Assembly (NCBI GenBank): GCA_963752475.1
Contig: CAVVYR010000019.1
Location: 64,001-128,000, forward strand
Length of the DNA stretch: 64,000 nt
Origin: an uncultured Chloroflexia bacterium
GTDB lineage: Bacteria > Chloroflexota > Limnocylindria > Limnocylindrales > CSP1-4
Reading direction: 5' to 3'
Shown: one piece after another, positions 21,012 to 30,267 of the stretch
How the letters are laid out: each line of letters opens with the position of its first letter
How positions within the stretch are numbered: position 1 is the first letter of the stretch
Program-made: the position numbers and the translations under genes
The notes under the pieces: model-generated
Seen by the model: only the letters and a program-made list of their open reading frames with translations
The model's database searches: none
What the model was told of the DNA's origin: nothing

Positions 21012-22061
21012 ATGTCCACGCCCATGAACCCCGCCGAGATCCAGCAGCGGGTCGAGTCCTCACTGCCCTGGCGTGAGGCCAGTGCCGCCGCCGCCGCCAT
21101 CGAGGCCGCGCATGCGGTGGCCCGCAGCGCTTCGCAAGACGTGGTCGATCGGCTCGATGGCGCCACACGCATCGTCATCTCCGGTGCCGGCTCGTCGCTC
21201 TACATCGCGCAGGTCGCGGCCTTTGCCTGGCGCGAGGAGGCCAACCTGCCGGCCGAGGCTCAGCCGCTGTCGGAGGTGCTGCTGCGCCCCGGTCCCGTCT
21301 TCGCCGGCCAGCCCATCGCCGACCAGCCGCTGGTCGTCGTCTCGCGCTCTGGTACCACCACGGAGGCACTCGAGGTGCTGCGCGCGGCACATGAGCGAGG
21401 GCAGTACACGGTGGCGGTCACCTGTCGCCCGGATGCACCGATGGCCGAGCTGGCCGACGTGACCCTCGCCATCCCAGAAGGAGACGATGAGGCCATCGTC
21501 ATGACGCGCTCCTTCGTCTCACAGGCCAGCCTGCTCATGCGTCTTGGCGCGCGCCTCGCTGACTCGGACTTCGCGACCGACCTCGATGCCATGCCCGGAC
21601 GTTGGAGCGAGACCGCGCCGTTCGTGGAGCGGGCGTTCGAGCTCGCCGCTTCCGCTCCGTCTCGATTGGTCGTGCTGGGTGCGGGCGCCGCCTTCGGCAT
21701 CGCCAACGAAGCCGTGCTCAAGACCACCGAGACCGGCCAGGTGCCGGCCTCGGCCTTCCATCCGCTCGAGTTCCGGCACGGACCGATCTCGGTCTGCGAG
21801 CCGGGCATGATCGTGGCCGGCGTGCTCGGTGGCCCGACCGCGGCTGACGAACGGCGGGTGGTCGACGAAGCGGCCGCGCTGGGCGCCACGCCCTTCGTCC
21901 TCGGGCCGGACGGGCCTGGTGCCGACTTGCACCCCACGGCGCGACTGCCGTTGGCCATGTACGCGCTGCAGGCGCTGGCCTTCGGTGCGGCAGTCGGCCG
22001 CGGACTCGATCTCGAGGCGCCACGGCATCTCGAGCGGGTGGTGGTCATCGAGGAGCAGTAG
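21012..22061 (+). CDS. SIS-domain sugar-phosphate isomerase/deaminase (AgaS/GlmS-like)
   Basis: GAGSS, SRSGTTTE, VMTRSF and EFRHGP motifs. Confidence 0.88.
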   Translation: MSTPMNPAEIQQRVESSLPWREASAAAAAIEAAHAVARSASQDVVDRLDGATRIVISGAGSSLYIAQVAAFAWREEANLPAEAQPLSEVLLRPGPVFAGQPIADQPLVVVSRSGTTTEALEVLRAAHERGQYTVAVTCRPDAPMAELADVTLAIPEGDDEAIVMTRSFVSQASLLMRLGARLADSDFATDLDAMPGRWSETAPFVERAFELAASAPSRLVVLGAGAAFGIANEAVLKTTETGQVPASAFHPLEFRHGPISVCEPGMIVAGVLGGPTAADERRVVDEAAALGATPFVLGPDGPGADLHPTARLPLAMYALQALAFGAAVGRGLDLEAPRHLERVVVIEEQ

Positions 22062-22071
22062 GCTCGGGCCC

Positions 22072-22476
22072 ATGCTTCGTTTCGACCTCTCGACGTCCCG
22101 GCGTACGCAGGCGGTGGACGTCACTGATCTCTTCACCTCGCGCGAGTGGCCCGACGGGCTGCTCCTCGTCAGCGTCGAGCACACGACCGCGGCCATCTTC
22201 CTGGGCGAGTCAGGCTCGGAGATGTTCGAGGACTACGAGCGCGTGGCGGCCGACCTCATCGAGGGGTACGGCCCCTGGCAGCACGAGCAGTGGAACCCGG
22301 GCAATGCCCAGTCCCACGTGCTCTCCAGCTTCATCGGTGGCCAGCTGCTGCTGCCCATCACGAACGGCCGGCTCGACGTGGGCACCTGGCAACGCGTCAT
22401 CTTCCTCGAGCTCGACGGCCCCCGCCAGCGCCGGATCGCCGTCGCCAGCCTCGCCACCCAGCCGCTCGATCGGTAG
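22072..22476 (+). CDS. yjbQ: YjbQ/UPF0047 family protein
   Basis: HTTA, NAQSH and GTWQRVIFLELDGPR motifs. Confidence 0.9.
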   Translation: MLRFDLSTSRRTQAVDVTDLFTSREWPDGLLLVSVEHTTAAIFLGESGSEMFEDYERVAADLIEGYGPWQHEQWNPGNAQSHVLSSFIGGQLLLPITNGRLDVGTWQRVIFLELDGPRQRRIAVASLATQPLDR

Positions 22477-22485
22477 CGACCGGCG

Positions 22486-22929
22486 TCAGGCCCCGATGAG
22501 GTCGAGCCCGAGCAGGATCGAGAGCGTGACGATCACGGCGTAGGCCGAGACGCTGATGGTCGAGGCGATGAGGAACGGACGCGTCGACATGCCCAGGCCC
22601 TTGGCCGCGAGCGCCATCGTCCACACGCCCAGCAGGGGAGTGGCCACGAACACGGCGACGACACCCCAGCGGTCGAGGATGCGCTCGACCCGCGCGCGCC
22701 GGAGCTTCGAGAGGTAGCGATCGACGCGCTCGATCCGTCGTAGCCGCTCGTAGCCCAGATCGACGAGGTACAGCGGCACGATATTCCCGAACGCCGACCA
22801 GAACGTCGTCGACACCGGGTCGAGCCCCGCAGCCAGACCGACCGGGATGGCGACGTAGATCTCGAAGAGCGGCAGGAACCCGACGAGCCAGGCCAGCGCG
22901 GCCGCGGCGACGTATTCGGCTGCGCTCAA
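22486..22929 (-). CDS. Small multidrug export-type membrane protein
   Basis: Four hydrophobic segments; PLFE..AIPVG and TPLLGVW patterns. Confidence 0.65.
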   Translation of the reverse strand: MSAAEYVAAAALAWLVGFLPLFEIYVAIPVGLAAGLDPVSTTFWSAFGNIVPLYLVDLGYERLRRIERVDRYLSKLRRARVERILDRWGVVAVFVATPLLGVWTMALAAKGLGMSTRPFLIASTISVSAYAVIVTLSILLGLDLIGA

Positions 22930-22954
22930 ACGCGCGGCTCATCGGGCAGGCGCA

Positions 22955-23305
22955 CTAGCGAGTGATGCCGCCGAGCTTGGTGAAATGCAGCAGGTTCATA
23001 CCGTCGAGCTCCGCGTAGAGCTCGTCGCTCTGGTCGCCGACCACGTCGATGCGCACGATGTCACCGGCCGCGAGCAGCGCCGGCACCAGCGGCGCGCAGT
23101 GCTGGTTGTGCGCCACGAAGCCGGCCGCGCCCTCGAAGACCTCGACGTTGATGTTGCGCGTCTCGTCGTCGGAGATGAAGTAGTCGTAGCGCAGCGTGGC
23201 CGGCTCGGACTGGGTTCGTTCGAACAGCGCCTGCGCGGCGGCCTTGAAGTCGTCCACCTTGCCGGGCTTGATGTTGATGTCGACGATCAGCATGGTCTCT
23301 GCCAT
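22955..23305 (-). CDS. Antibiotic biosynthesis monooxygenase (ABM) domain protein
   Basis: IKPGK..F, EPATLRY and E.F....F..H patterns. Confidence 0.8.
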   Translation of the reverse strand: MAETMLIVDINIKPGKVDDFKAAAQALFERTQSEPATLRYDYFISDDETRNINVEVFEGAAGFVAHNQHCAPLVPALLAAGDIVRIDVVGDQSDELYAELDGMNLLHFTKLGGITR

Positions 23306-23326
23306 GGGTCTCCCTCCCAGTCGTTC

Positions 23327-24142
23327 CTACGCTTCGGCGGCACGGCGCTGACGGCGTGCCTCATAGAAGAGTACGGCGGCGCTGGCCGAGACATTGAGGC
23401 TGTCCGCGAGTCCCAGCATGGGGATGGCAACCGGCGTCACGCCCTGGCCCGACCAGGCCTCCGAGAGCCCGGCGGTCTCGGCGCCGACGACGAGCGCCAC
23501 CGGCCCGGTCATGTCGACCGCGGCGTAGTCGGTCGCGCCCTCGACGCGCGCGGCCAGGATCTCGACCTCGAGGTCGCGCAGGAAGGCCAGCGCTGAATGG
23601 GACGTGCAGGCGGCCACCGGCAGGCTGAAGATCGTGCCCAGGCTGGCGCGGATGGCGTTGGGATTCCAGATGTCGCTCACCGGGTCGGCAGCGATGACCG
23701 CATCCACGCCCGCGCCATCGGCCGAGCGCAGCAGCGCCCCCAGGTTGCCTGGCTTCTCGACCTGCTCCATGACCGCGATGAGCGGCCGTTCGGGGAGGGC
23801 GGTAGCCATCGTTTCGAGGTCCGCGGGAGGCGTCTCGAAGACGGCCACGACCCCCTCGTCTCGATCGCCGTAGGCCAGCCGCGAGAGCAGCTCGGGCGTG
23901 GTCTCGACGGTCGGTGCCGCGCTCGCGACACGCGGCACCAGGGCCCGAGCCTCGTCGGTACGCACGCGTTCGGTGGCCATCCACGTCTCCCGCAGCACGA
24001 CCCCGGCGTCGAGCGCGCGGCCGATCTCACGAGCGCCGTCGACGATGATCAGGCCTTGCTTGCGTCGCTCCTTCGCATCTCGTAGGGCGAGCGCGGCCTT
24101 GAAGCGCGGGTTCTGACGACTGCTGACGTCCGGCTCGCGCAC
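23327..24142 (-). CDS. TrmH/SpoU-family RNA methyltransferase
   Basis: EKPGNLGALLRSA, GAETAGL and IPM...SLNVS motifs; GTG start 24142. Confidence 0.93.
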   Translation of the reverse strand: MREPDVSSRQNPRFKAALALRDAKERRKQGLIIVDGAREIGRALDAGVVLRETWMATERVRTDEARALVPRVASAAPTVETTPELLSRLAYGDRDEGVVAVFETPPADLETMATALPERPLIAVMEQVEKPGNLGALLRSADGAGVDAVIAADPVSDIWNPNAIRASLGTIFSLPVAACTSHSALAFLRDLEVEILAARVEGATDYAAVDMTGPVALVVGAETAGLSEAWSGQGVTPVAIPMLGLADSLNVSASAAVLFYEARRQRRAAEA

Positions 24143-24609
24143 TAGGGGTGCTTGCCGGCCTCGGAGGCCTCTTCGAGCGCCTGCGTCAGCTCCTTCGCCA
24201 GCTCCTCGGACCAGTCGGACCCGAAGATGCGGTAGAGCGGGATGTCCATCCGCGTGATGACCGCATCCGGATGGTTCTCCTCGTAGATCGCCTGGCAGCC
24301 ATCGACCTCTTCGAGCGAGCGGTCCCACCACTTCTCGCGGTAGGTATGGACGAAGACGTCGCGGTACTCCTCATCGCCCGGCAGGCGCGCGGTGAAGTAG
24401 AGCGTGTTGCCCACGAGGTCGTCGTCGGCACAGGCGGTCTCGCCGGGGAACGGACCCTCGACCTCGATGCCGCGCAGCATCACGGTCTGGAGGATGTCGC
24501 GGCTGTCGCCGGGGTGGAACGAGGGCTCGGTCGTGCCGTAACAGCCGGCGAGCACGAAGCTGCCGGCGAGGGCCAGGGCCAGGAGTCGCCGCGAGGTCAT
24601 CTGCATCAC
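24142..24609 (-). CDS. Hypothetical lipoprotein
   Basis: Signal peptide with LAGC lipobox. Confidence 0.7.
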   Translation of the reverse strand: MMQMTSRRLLALALAGSFVLAGCYGTTEPSFHPGDSRDILQTVMLRGIEVEGPFPGETACADDDLVGNTLYFTARLPGDEEYRDVFVHTYREKWWDRSLEEVDGCQAIYEENHPDAVITRMDIPLYRIFGSDWSEELAKELTQALEEASEAGKHP

Positions 24610-24694
24610 GACGCCAAGCGTAGCGCCGCTCGCGTCACTCGGCGCCCGATGGCCCGCGAGCGCCGGATTCGCTGTTGGTCGTTACCATTCGACC

Positions 24695-25999
24695 GTGCCC
24701 AACCTCCGACCCTTCCGTGCGCTGCGCTACGACGTGGGCGCCGCTGACCTCTCGGCGGTGCTTGCGCCGCCCTACGACATCATCAGCCCCGACGAGCGTC
24801 AGGAGCTGCTCGCGCGCGACCCCCACAACATCGTGCGCATCGAGCTGCCGGCCGATCTGGGTGCCGCCGGCCCCGACGACTACGCCGCCGCCGCCGCTGC
24901 CGCAGCCGAGTGGCGCGAGAGCGGGATCCTGGTCAAGGACGCCGAGCCGACCGTGACCGTGCACCAGATGCGTTGGGTCGACGGCGAGGGTCGCGAGGGT
25001 TCAGCGACGGGCCTGCTCTGCCGGCTGGGCCTCGAGGAGTACGGTCCGGGCGGCGGCGTGCTGCCGCACGAGAAGACCCATGGCGGCCCCAAGGCCGACC
25101 GCTACGCCCTGCTCGAAGCCACGCAGCTCAACACCAGTCCGCTGGTCTTCCTCGCCGGCTCCGAACCAGCGGCCACCTCTGCTGCGCTGCTGGCGCTGAC
25201 CGAGCGTGAGCCCGATGCCACCGGCGCTACCGCTGACGGGGTAAACCATCGCGTCTGGGTCGTCGATGCCACGGCCGCCGAGCCGGTCCTGGAGCTGATG
25301 CGCGCGCAGCCTGTCACCATCGCCGACGGCCACCATCGCTACGAGACCGCGCTGACCTATCGACGTGATCACGAGAGCGAGCGCCCGGCCGACGGTGAGC
25401 CTGCCTGGGACTACCTGCTGGCGCTGATCTACCCGCTGGACCAGTCCCCGCCGGCCCTGCCCACGCACCGCGTCGTCCGCGGTCAGCCGTGCGGCGAAGA
25501 TCTGCTGGAGCGCCTCGCTCCGTACGCCCGAGTCGAGCGACTGCCGGATCTCGGGACGCTGCTGGCGCGCATGGCCGAGCCTGCAAGCTTCGCTCCTGGC
25601 GTTACCGGCACCGGTCGCATCGGCGTCTACACCGGACGTGATCCGGTCGCAGCGATCCTGACCGTCGACCGAAGCGCCACGGACGCACTCCTCGACGCGA
25701 GCCTGTCGGAGGGCTCGAAGGGGCTGGATGTCAATGCGCTCAGCGTGATCATCGACAAGGCCTACGGCGCCGACGCCACCGAACTGGCCGCGAAAGGTCA
25801 GCTCTGGTATGTCAAGGACGCAGGTGCGGCCACAGCACAGGTCGACTCCGAGGAGGCATCCGCCGCCTTCCTGCTCGACGAGATGCCACCGTCGGCCATC
25901 TCGCTCGTGGCCGAGGCCGGCGAGGTCATGCCCCAGAAGTCGACCTACTTCAACCCCAAGGCGCCCACCGGCTTGCTGCTCAGCCCGCTGGAGTGGTAG
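24695..25999 (+). CDS. DUF1015 family protein
   Basis: PFRALRY, PPYDII, PHEKT, IADGHHRYETA and MPQKSTYF motifs. Confidence 0.92.
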   Translation: MPNLRPFRALRYDVGAADLSAVLAPPYDIISPDERQELLARDPHNIVRIELPADLGAAGPDDYAAAAAAAAEWRESGILVKDAEPTVTVHQMRWVDGEGREGSATGLLCRLGLEEYGPGGGVLPHEKTHGGPKADRYALLEATQLNTSPLVFLAGSEPAATSAALLALTEREPDATGATADGVNHRVWVVDATAAEPVLELMRAQPVTIADGHHRYETALTYRRDHESERPADGEPAWDYLLALIYPLDQSPPALPTHRVVRGQPCGEDLLERLAPYARVERLPDLGTLLARMAEPASFAPGVTGTGRIGVYTGRDPVAAILTVDRSATDALLDASLSEGSKGLDVNALSVIIDKAYGADATELAAKGQLWYVKDAGAATAQVDSEEASAAFLLDEMPPSAISLVAEAGEVMPQKSTYFNPKAPTGLLLSPLEW

Positions 26000-26037
26000 C
26001 CGGCAGGGGACGGGACGAGAGGAGAGACGGCAGAAGG

Positions 26038-26937
26038 ATGGATCCAGACCTCCCCAAGGGGGCCGCTGCGGTCGCCGGCAACGGGCGCAGCAGCAAGACG
26101 CGTGAACTGACGGGCCGCCCTGCCGGCAAGCCCGTACGCAAGGACGAGATCGTGCTCGAGGACCGCGGCCTGTACGTCGAGTCGTGGCTGCCGGAGCGGC
26201 GTTCGCGCCGCCGCCCGCTCTACTACCTGCACGGCGAGCTCGGCGGCTCGTGGCTGTGGGAGCGCTATCTGCGGTACTTCGCCCAGCGCGGCTGGGAAGG
26301 CCACGCGCTCAACCTGCGTGCGCACTTCTGGTCCCAGACGGCCGATATCGAGGAGCTCAGCTTCGATACCTATCTCGAGGACGCGATCGCCGGCTTCGAG
26401 GCACTCGAACGTCCCGCCGTGGTGGTCGGCCATGGCATGGGCGGCCTGTTGGCCATGAAGGTGGCCCAAGGCCGCGAGATCGACGCGCTCATCCTGGTCA
26501 GCCCCGCCATCCCCGCGCCGGTTCGCCCCGTGCCGCCCGCGCACGTCGTGCGCCTCGTGCCGGCCACCTACCAGGCGGAGCTCATCGACTGGGCCGGCAG
26601 CCATGAGCACGTCCAGCGCCAGAATCAGGACCTCTCGCTGGCCGACGTGCGTCGCATCCAGCACCTCCTGGGGGCCGAGAGCGGTGCCGCTCGTCGCCAG
26701 ATGCTCGCCGGCGTCTTCGTCGATCGCGACAAGCTGCCCGATGTGCCCATGCTCGTCATCGGTGCCGGCCTCGACCGTCAGTTCGCGGAGGCGGATAGCG
26801 CCCGTCTGGCCGAGTGGCTCGGTGCGGAGTACCAGCCATTCGGCGCGCACTCGCACTATGGCGCGGTCCTCAGCGAGCAGGCCTTCGACCAGGTCGCGGA
26901 TACCATCCGCTCATTCCTGGAGCACCACCGCCTGTAG
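26038..26937 (+). CDS. Alpha/beta hydrolase fold protein
   Basis: LHG and GHGMGG (Gly in place of the nucleophile Ser); C-terminal His (SHY). Confidence 0.75.
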   Translation: MDPDLPKGAAAVAGNGRSSKTRELTGRPAGKPVRKDEIVLEDRGLYVESWLPERRSRRRPLYYLHGELGGSWLWERYLRYFAQRGWEGHALNLRAHFWSQTADIEELSFDTYLEDAIAGFEALERPAVVVGHGMGGLLAMKVAQGREIDALILVSPAIPAPVRPVPPAHVVRLVPATYQAELIDWAGSHEHVQRQNQDLSLADVRRIQHLLGAESGAARRQMLAGVFVDRDKLPDVPMLVIGAGLDRQFAEADSARLAEWLGAEYQPFGAHSHYGAVLSEQAFDQVADTIRSFLEHHRL

Positions 26938-27022
26938 CAGGCATCGACACGAGTCCTCCTTGAGAGGAAGGGGCGGTCTGGACAACTTCGCGAAAGGATT
27001 GCTACCATCCTCTCTACAACCA

Positions 27023-27099
27023 GCCGCATTCGTCTAGAGGCCTAGGACACCGCCCTCTCAAGGCGGAGATCACCGGTTCGAATCCGGTATGCGGTACCA
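27023..27099 (+). tRNA. tRNA-Glu (anticodon CTC)
   Basis: Acceptor GCCGCAT/ATGCGGT, anticodon arm CCGCC-CTCTCAA-GGCGG, T-loop GTTCGAATC, encoded CCA. Confidence 0.96.
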
Positions 27100-27109
27100 G
27101 ATTTTCCCC

Positions 27110-27143
27110 ACGCCCCCGGACCGCGCCCCGGGGGCGTCTTTCT
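27110..27143 (+). terminator. Intrinsic terminator after the tRNA
   Basis: ACGCCCCCGG...CCGGGGGCGT stem followed by CTTTCT. Confidence 0.7.
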
Positions 27144-27170
27144 GTTCCCGACGCCTGAAAGGACCGCCTC

Positions 27171-28247
27171 GTGGACTTCGAAAACCGCCGTCGCTACGTC
27201 ATCCTGGCCGAAGGCCAGTTCGGTGAGCCCGGCTCCAAGACCGCCATGGGCGTCATCCGGTACGGAGCGGATCCGGTCGTGGCGGTGCTCGACTCCACTC
27301 GCGCCGGGCGCGACGTCAGCGAATGGCTGGGCGAGGAGCACGCGGCCCCTGTGGTGGCCACCCTGGCGGAGGCCCTTCGACATGAGCCCACGGCGCTGCT
27401 CATCGGTACCGCTCCGCAGGGTGGCAAGATCCCGCCGGAGTGGCGCTCGATCATCAGCGACGCCATCGTCCACGGGCTCGATATCGTCAGCGGCCTCCAC
27501 GAGTTCGTCTCGGACGACCCGGACTTCGCCTCGCTCGCGGCGACCCATGGCGTCGAGCTCGTCGATCACCGTCGGCCGCCGGAGCGCCATGAGGTCGCCG
27601 TCGGCCGGCAGCACGCCCCGGGCAAGCACGTGATCCTGCTCGTCGGCACCGACTGCGCCATCGGCAAGATGACCGTGGCCCTGGAGTTGCGCCGCGCCGC
27701 ACACGAGGCCGGACTCTCGACCGCCTTCGTGCCCACCGGCCAGACGGGCATCATGATCGAGGGCTGGGGGGTCTCGGTCGACCGCGTCATCAGCGACTTC
27801 ATCAACGGCACCGCCGAATGGCTCGTGCAGCAGGCGGAGGAGATGGGCGACTGGATCTTCGTCGAGGGCCAGGGCTCGCTCGATCACCCGGCCTACTCGG
27901 CGGTCACGCTGGGGCTCGTCCACGGCACCACGCCGCACGCCATGGTGCTGGTGCACCAGCCCGGCCGCAGCGGCCACTTCGGCTGGGAGCAGGCCACCGG
28001 CAGCGACGCGCCGACGCTCTCGCTCGCTGACAACATCCGCCTCTACGAGCACGTGGCCAACGCCGTCGCGCCCAGCCGGGTGGCGGCCATCGCGCTCAAC
28101 ACCTCGCTGCTCTCCGAAGAGGAGGCACGGGCCGAGATCGAGCGCGTTGCGGCCGAGACCGGCTTGCCCACCGGCGATCCCTATCGCTTCGGGCCGACCG
28201 AGTTGTTCGCGGGCCTGCGCGCCAGCCTGGAAGGAGACGACCGATGA
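27171..28247 (+). CDS. DUF1611 / DgcN-like P-loop N-acetyltransferase
   Basis: KTAMGVIRY, SGLHEF, GTDCAIGKM, TGQTG and EGQGSL motifs. Confidence 0.92.
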   Translation: MDFENRRRYVILAEGQFGEPGSKTAMGVIRYGADPVVAVLDSTRAGRDVSEWLGEEHAAPVVATLAEALRHEPTALLIGTAPQGGKIPPEWRSIISDAIVHGLDIVSGLHEFVSDDPDFASLAATHGVELVDHRRPPERHEVAVGRQHAPGKHVILLVGTDCAIGKMTVALELRRAAHEAGLSTAFVPTGQTGIMIEGWGVSVDRVISDFINGTAEWLVQQAEEMGDWIFVEGQGSLDHPAYSAVTLGLVHGTTPHAMVLVHQPGRSGHFGWEQATGSDAPTLSLADNIRLYEHVANAVAPSRVAAIALNTSLLSEEEARAEIERVAAETGLPTGDPYRFGPTELFAGLRASLEGDDR

Positions 28248-29296
28248 CGTTCACGCTCGAGACCGAGGTCCTGCACCTCCCGTTCCGCGACCCCTTCAAG
28301 ATCGCTCGTACGGAGGACTCCGAAGCCAGCCAGACGGTGCTCACGTTCCTTGAGCGCGACGGAGGCCGGGGCTTGGGCGAGTGCTTCCCGGTGCCGTACT
28401 ACGGCGAGACCGTGGAGACGACCGAAGCCGTCCTGCCGCGCCTCGTCGGGGCGCTCGACGAGCTGGGCCCGCTGCCCTCCGATCGCGCTGAGGCCCTGGT
28501 CTGGCTGGAGCGATCCACGGCCCTGATGACCGACGCGCTGGGCAACCACGGCGGGGCCAAGATGGGCCTCGACACCGCCCTCCACGACATGGCTGCCAAG
28601 GCGCAGGGGGTGCCCATCTGGCAGCTCATCGGCACGTCCGACCAGCTGCCGCCGACCGACTACTCGCTGGGCATCGACGACCCTGCCACCGTGGCCGAGC
28701 GGGCCCGGCGCGTGGCCCACTTCCCGGCGCTCAAGATCAAGGTCGGTGGGCCCTCGGATATCGAGACGCTCGAGGCCGTGCGTGCGGTCTTCGGCGGCCC
28801 GCTTCGCGTCGATGCCAACACCGGCTGGCAGCCCGAGCAGGCTGCCGCCCTCATCCCAGAGCTCGATCGTCTCGGGGTGGAGTTGGTGGAACAGCCCTTC
28901 AAGGCGCGCATGCTGCCGGAGCTACGTTGGCTGCGTGAGCGCTCGAGCCTGCCCATCATGGCCGACGAATCGGCCGTCTTCGTAGAGGACCTGCCCATGC
29001 TCGAGGGTGTCGTCGACGGGGTCGTGGTCAAGTTGGCCAAGGTCGGGGGCATCGGTCCCGCACTGCGCCAGATCCGCCTCGCCCGCAAGCTGGGACTGAA
29101 GGTGATGCTCGGTTGCATGGTCGAATCGAGCGTCGGCGTGGCCGCTGCGGCCATGGTCGCGAGCGAGGTCGATTGGCTCGACCTCGACGGTAACCTGCTG
29201 CTCGCCGACGATCCGTTCGAGGGTCTGGTCCTGAGCGACGACTGCCGCTGGCAGCTGGCCGAAGAGCCTGGTCTGGGGGTCCGCCGCAAGGCCTGA
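28244..29296 (+). CDS. Dipeptide epimerase (L-Ala-D/L-Glu epimerase / DgcA-like, enolase superfamily)
   Basis: KIK, RVDAN, EQP, ADES, KLAK, GCMVES and DLDG motifs. Confidence 0.93.
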   Translation: MTFTLETEVLHLPFRDPFKIARTEDSEASQTVLTFLERDGGRGLGECFPVPYYGETVETTEAVLPRLVGALDELGPLPSDRAEALVWLERSTALMTDALGNHGGAKMGLDTALHDMAAKAQGVPIWQLIGTSDQLPPTDYSLGIDDPATVAERARRVAHFPALKIKVGGPSDIETLEAVRAVFGGPLRVDANTGWQPEQAAALIPELDRLGVELVEQPFKARMLPELRWLRERSSLPIMADESAVFVEDLPMLEGVVDGVVVKLAKVGGIGPALRQIRLARKLGLKVMLGCMVESSVGVAAAAMVASEVDWLDLDGNLLLADDPFEGLVLSDDCRWQLAEEPGLGVRRKA

Positions 29297-29328
29297 AGGT
29301 CGCGATCCGGTTGCATGCAACGGGAACC

Positions 29329-29361
29329 TGTGGACAAGGTCGTGGACAACTTCGTGGATGA
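29329..29361. promoter_or_regulatory. Three co-oriented DnaA-box-like 9-mers at 12-bp spacing
   Basis: TGTGGACAA (29329), CGTGGACAA (29341) and CGTGGATGA (29353) vs the DnaA box TGTGGA(T/C)AA. Confidence 0.55.
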
Positions 29362-29627
29362 GCCGCTAGCGCCGCTCCGAGGCCCCGAAGTATCATCACC
29401 CGAGTCGTCCGGAGAGTCTCCGGACGGCGCATGAGAGGGAACACTCAAGGGGTCGGCGGACACCCCTCACGAGTGAAGCGCGTCGTCGCGCGAAGGTCTC
29501 TGCGCAGCGGCGTGGATCTACAACTGTTTGATCGCGGGTTCCGTTTCGACGTGCCTGCAGAAAGTGGGAGAGGGTGTCGAGAGAGCGGCCGGGCAACGTG
29601 CTGTCCGAAACGATTGAAGAACGCCAG

Positions 29628-29927
29628 GTGAACGAAGGGACAGCCCCGACCGTGAGGGTCGAGACGCCGGGGGACGGAGCCGATCCCGACGCCGAAGCCG
29701 AGGCTTTCGTCCGTTTCTGCTACCGGCGCCGGGCGGTCCAGTGGCCCGAGCTCTACGACGAGATGTGTGCCGTCGCCGCGCGTGGTGATTACCGCGGCAT
29801 GGAGTACGAGGAGCTGTCGCGCCTGGGTATCGGCTTCGCCCTCTCGTCATTGCCACGCCTGGCCGAGTTGGCCGCTCGCGTCATCGCCCAGGAGCGCAGC
29901 CCGCAGCCCATCGCTGCCGTCGCCTGA
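29628..29927 (+). CDS. Small hypothetical protein
   Basis: Typical codon usage; FVRFCYRRR..WPELYDEMC; start uncertain. Confidence 0.55.
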   Translation: MNEGTAPTVRVETPGDGADPDAEAEAFVRFCYRRRAVQWPELYDEMCAVAARGDYRGMEYEELSRLGIGFALSSLPRLAELAARVIAQERSPQPIAAVA

Positions 29928-30020
29928 GAGGCGCCCGGCACGAGTTGGAGGCGCCTGGCACGTGCTGGAGGCGCCCCGCGCCAGCTGGAGGTGCCCGGCG
30001 CGAGCTGGAGGCGCCTCGGC
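29928..30020. repeat. Degenerate 20-bp tandem repeat, about 4.5 copies (GAGGCGCCYGGCRCGAGCTG)
   Basis: Units start at 29928, 29948, 29968, 29988 and 30008. Confidence 0.85.
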
Positions 30021-30054
30021 CACGTTGCCAAGCCTGATGGCCACCCGTCGTCAC

Positions 30055-30267
30055 GGTCGACCGTAGTCATGCTCGTAGTCACTCGATCACGACTCTGCCT
30101 GACCGTTCGGTTGCGCTCCAGGCACGACCGGGCATATCCGCGATGTCGCGATATCCCTCGAAGCGGTCGGGCCCTGCGGTTGCGGGACTACGGTCGACCC
30201 CGGCGACGAGTGACTACAGCGAAACGCCGATCTGGCCCATAGCGTCGACACCGGCGACGAGTGACTA
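30055..30267. repeat. Interleaved inverted and direct repeats
   Basis: 14-bp IR 30055-30068/30186-30199; 11-bp IR 30075-30085/30207-30217; 24-bp DR 30193-30216/30244-30267 with one mismatch. Confidence 0.75.

Noticed and set aside
27023-27099. tRNA-Glu as an integration site
   Set aside because: No integrase and no duplicated tRNA 3' end found in the window.
29329-29361. oriC
   Set aside because: Only three boxes, no AT-rich unwinding region and no dnaA/dnaN.
29928-30020. Possible CRISPR array
   Set aside because: Contiguous degenerate 20-mers with no unique spacers and no cas genes.
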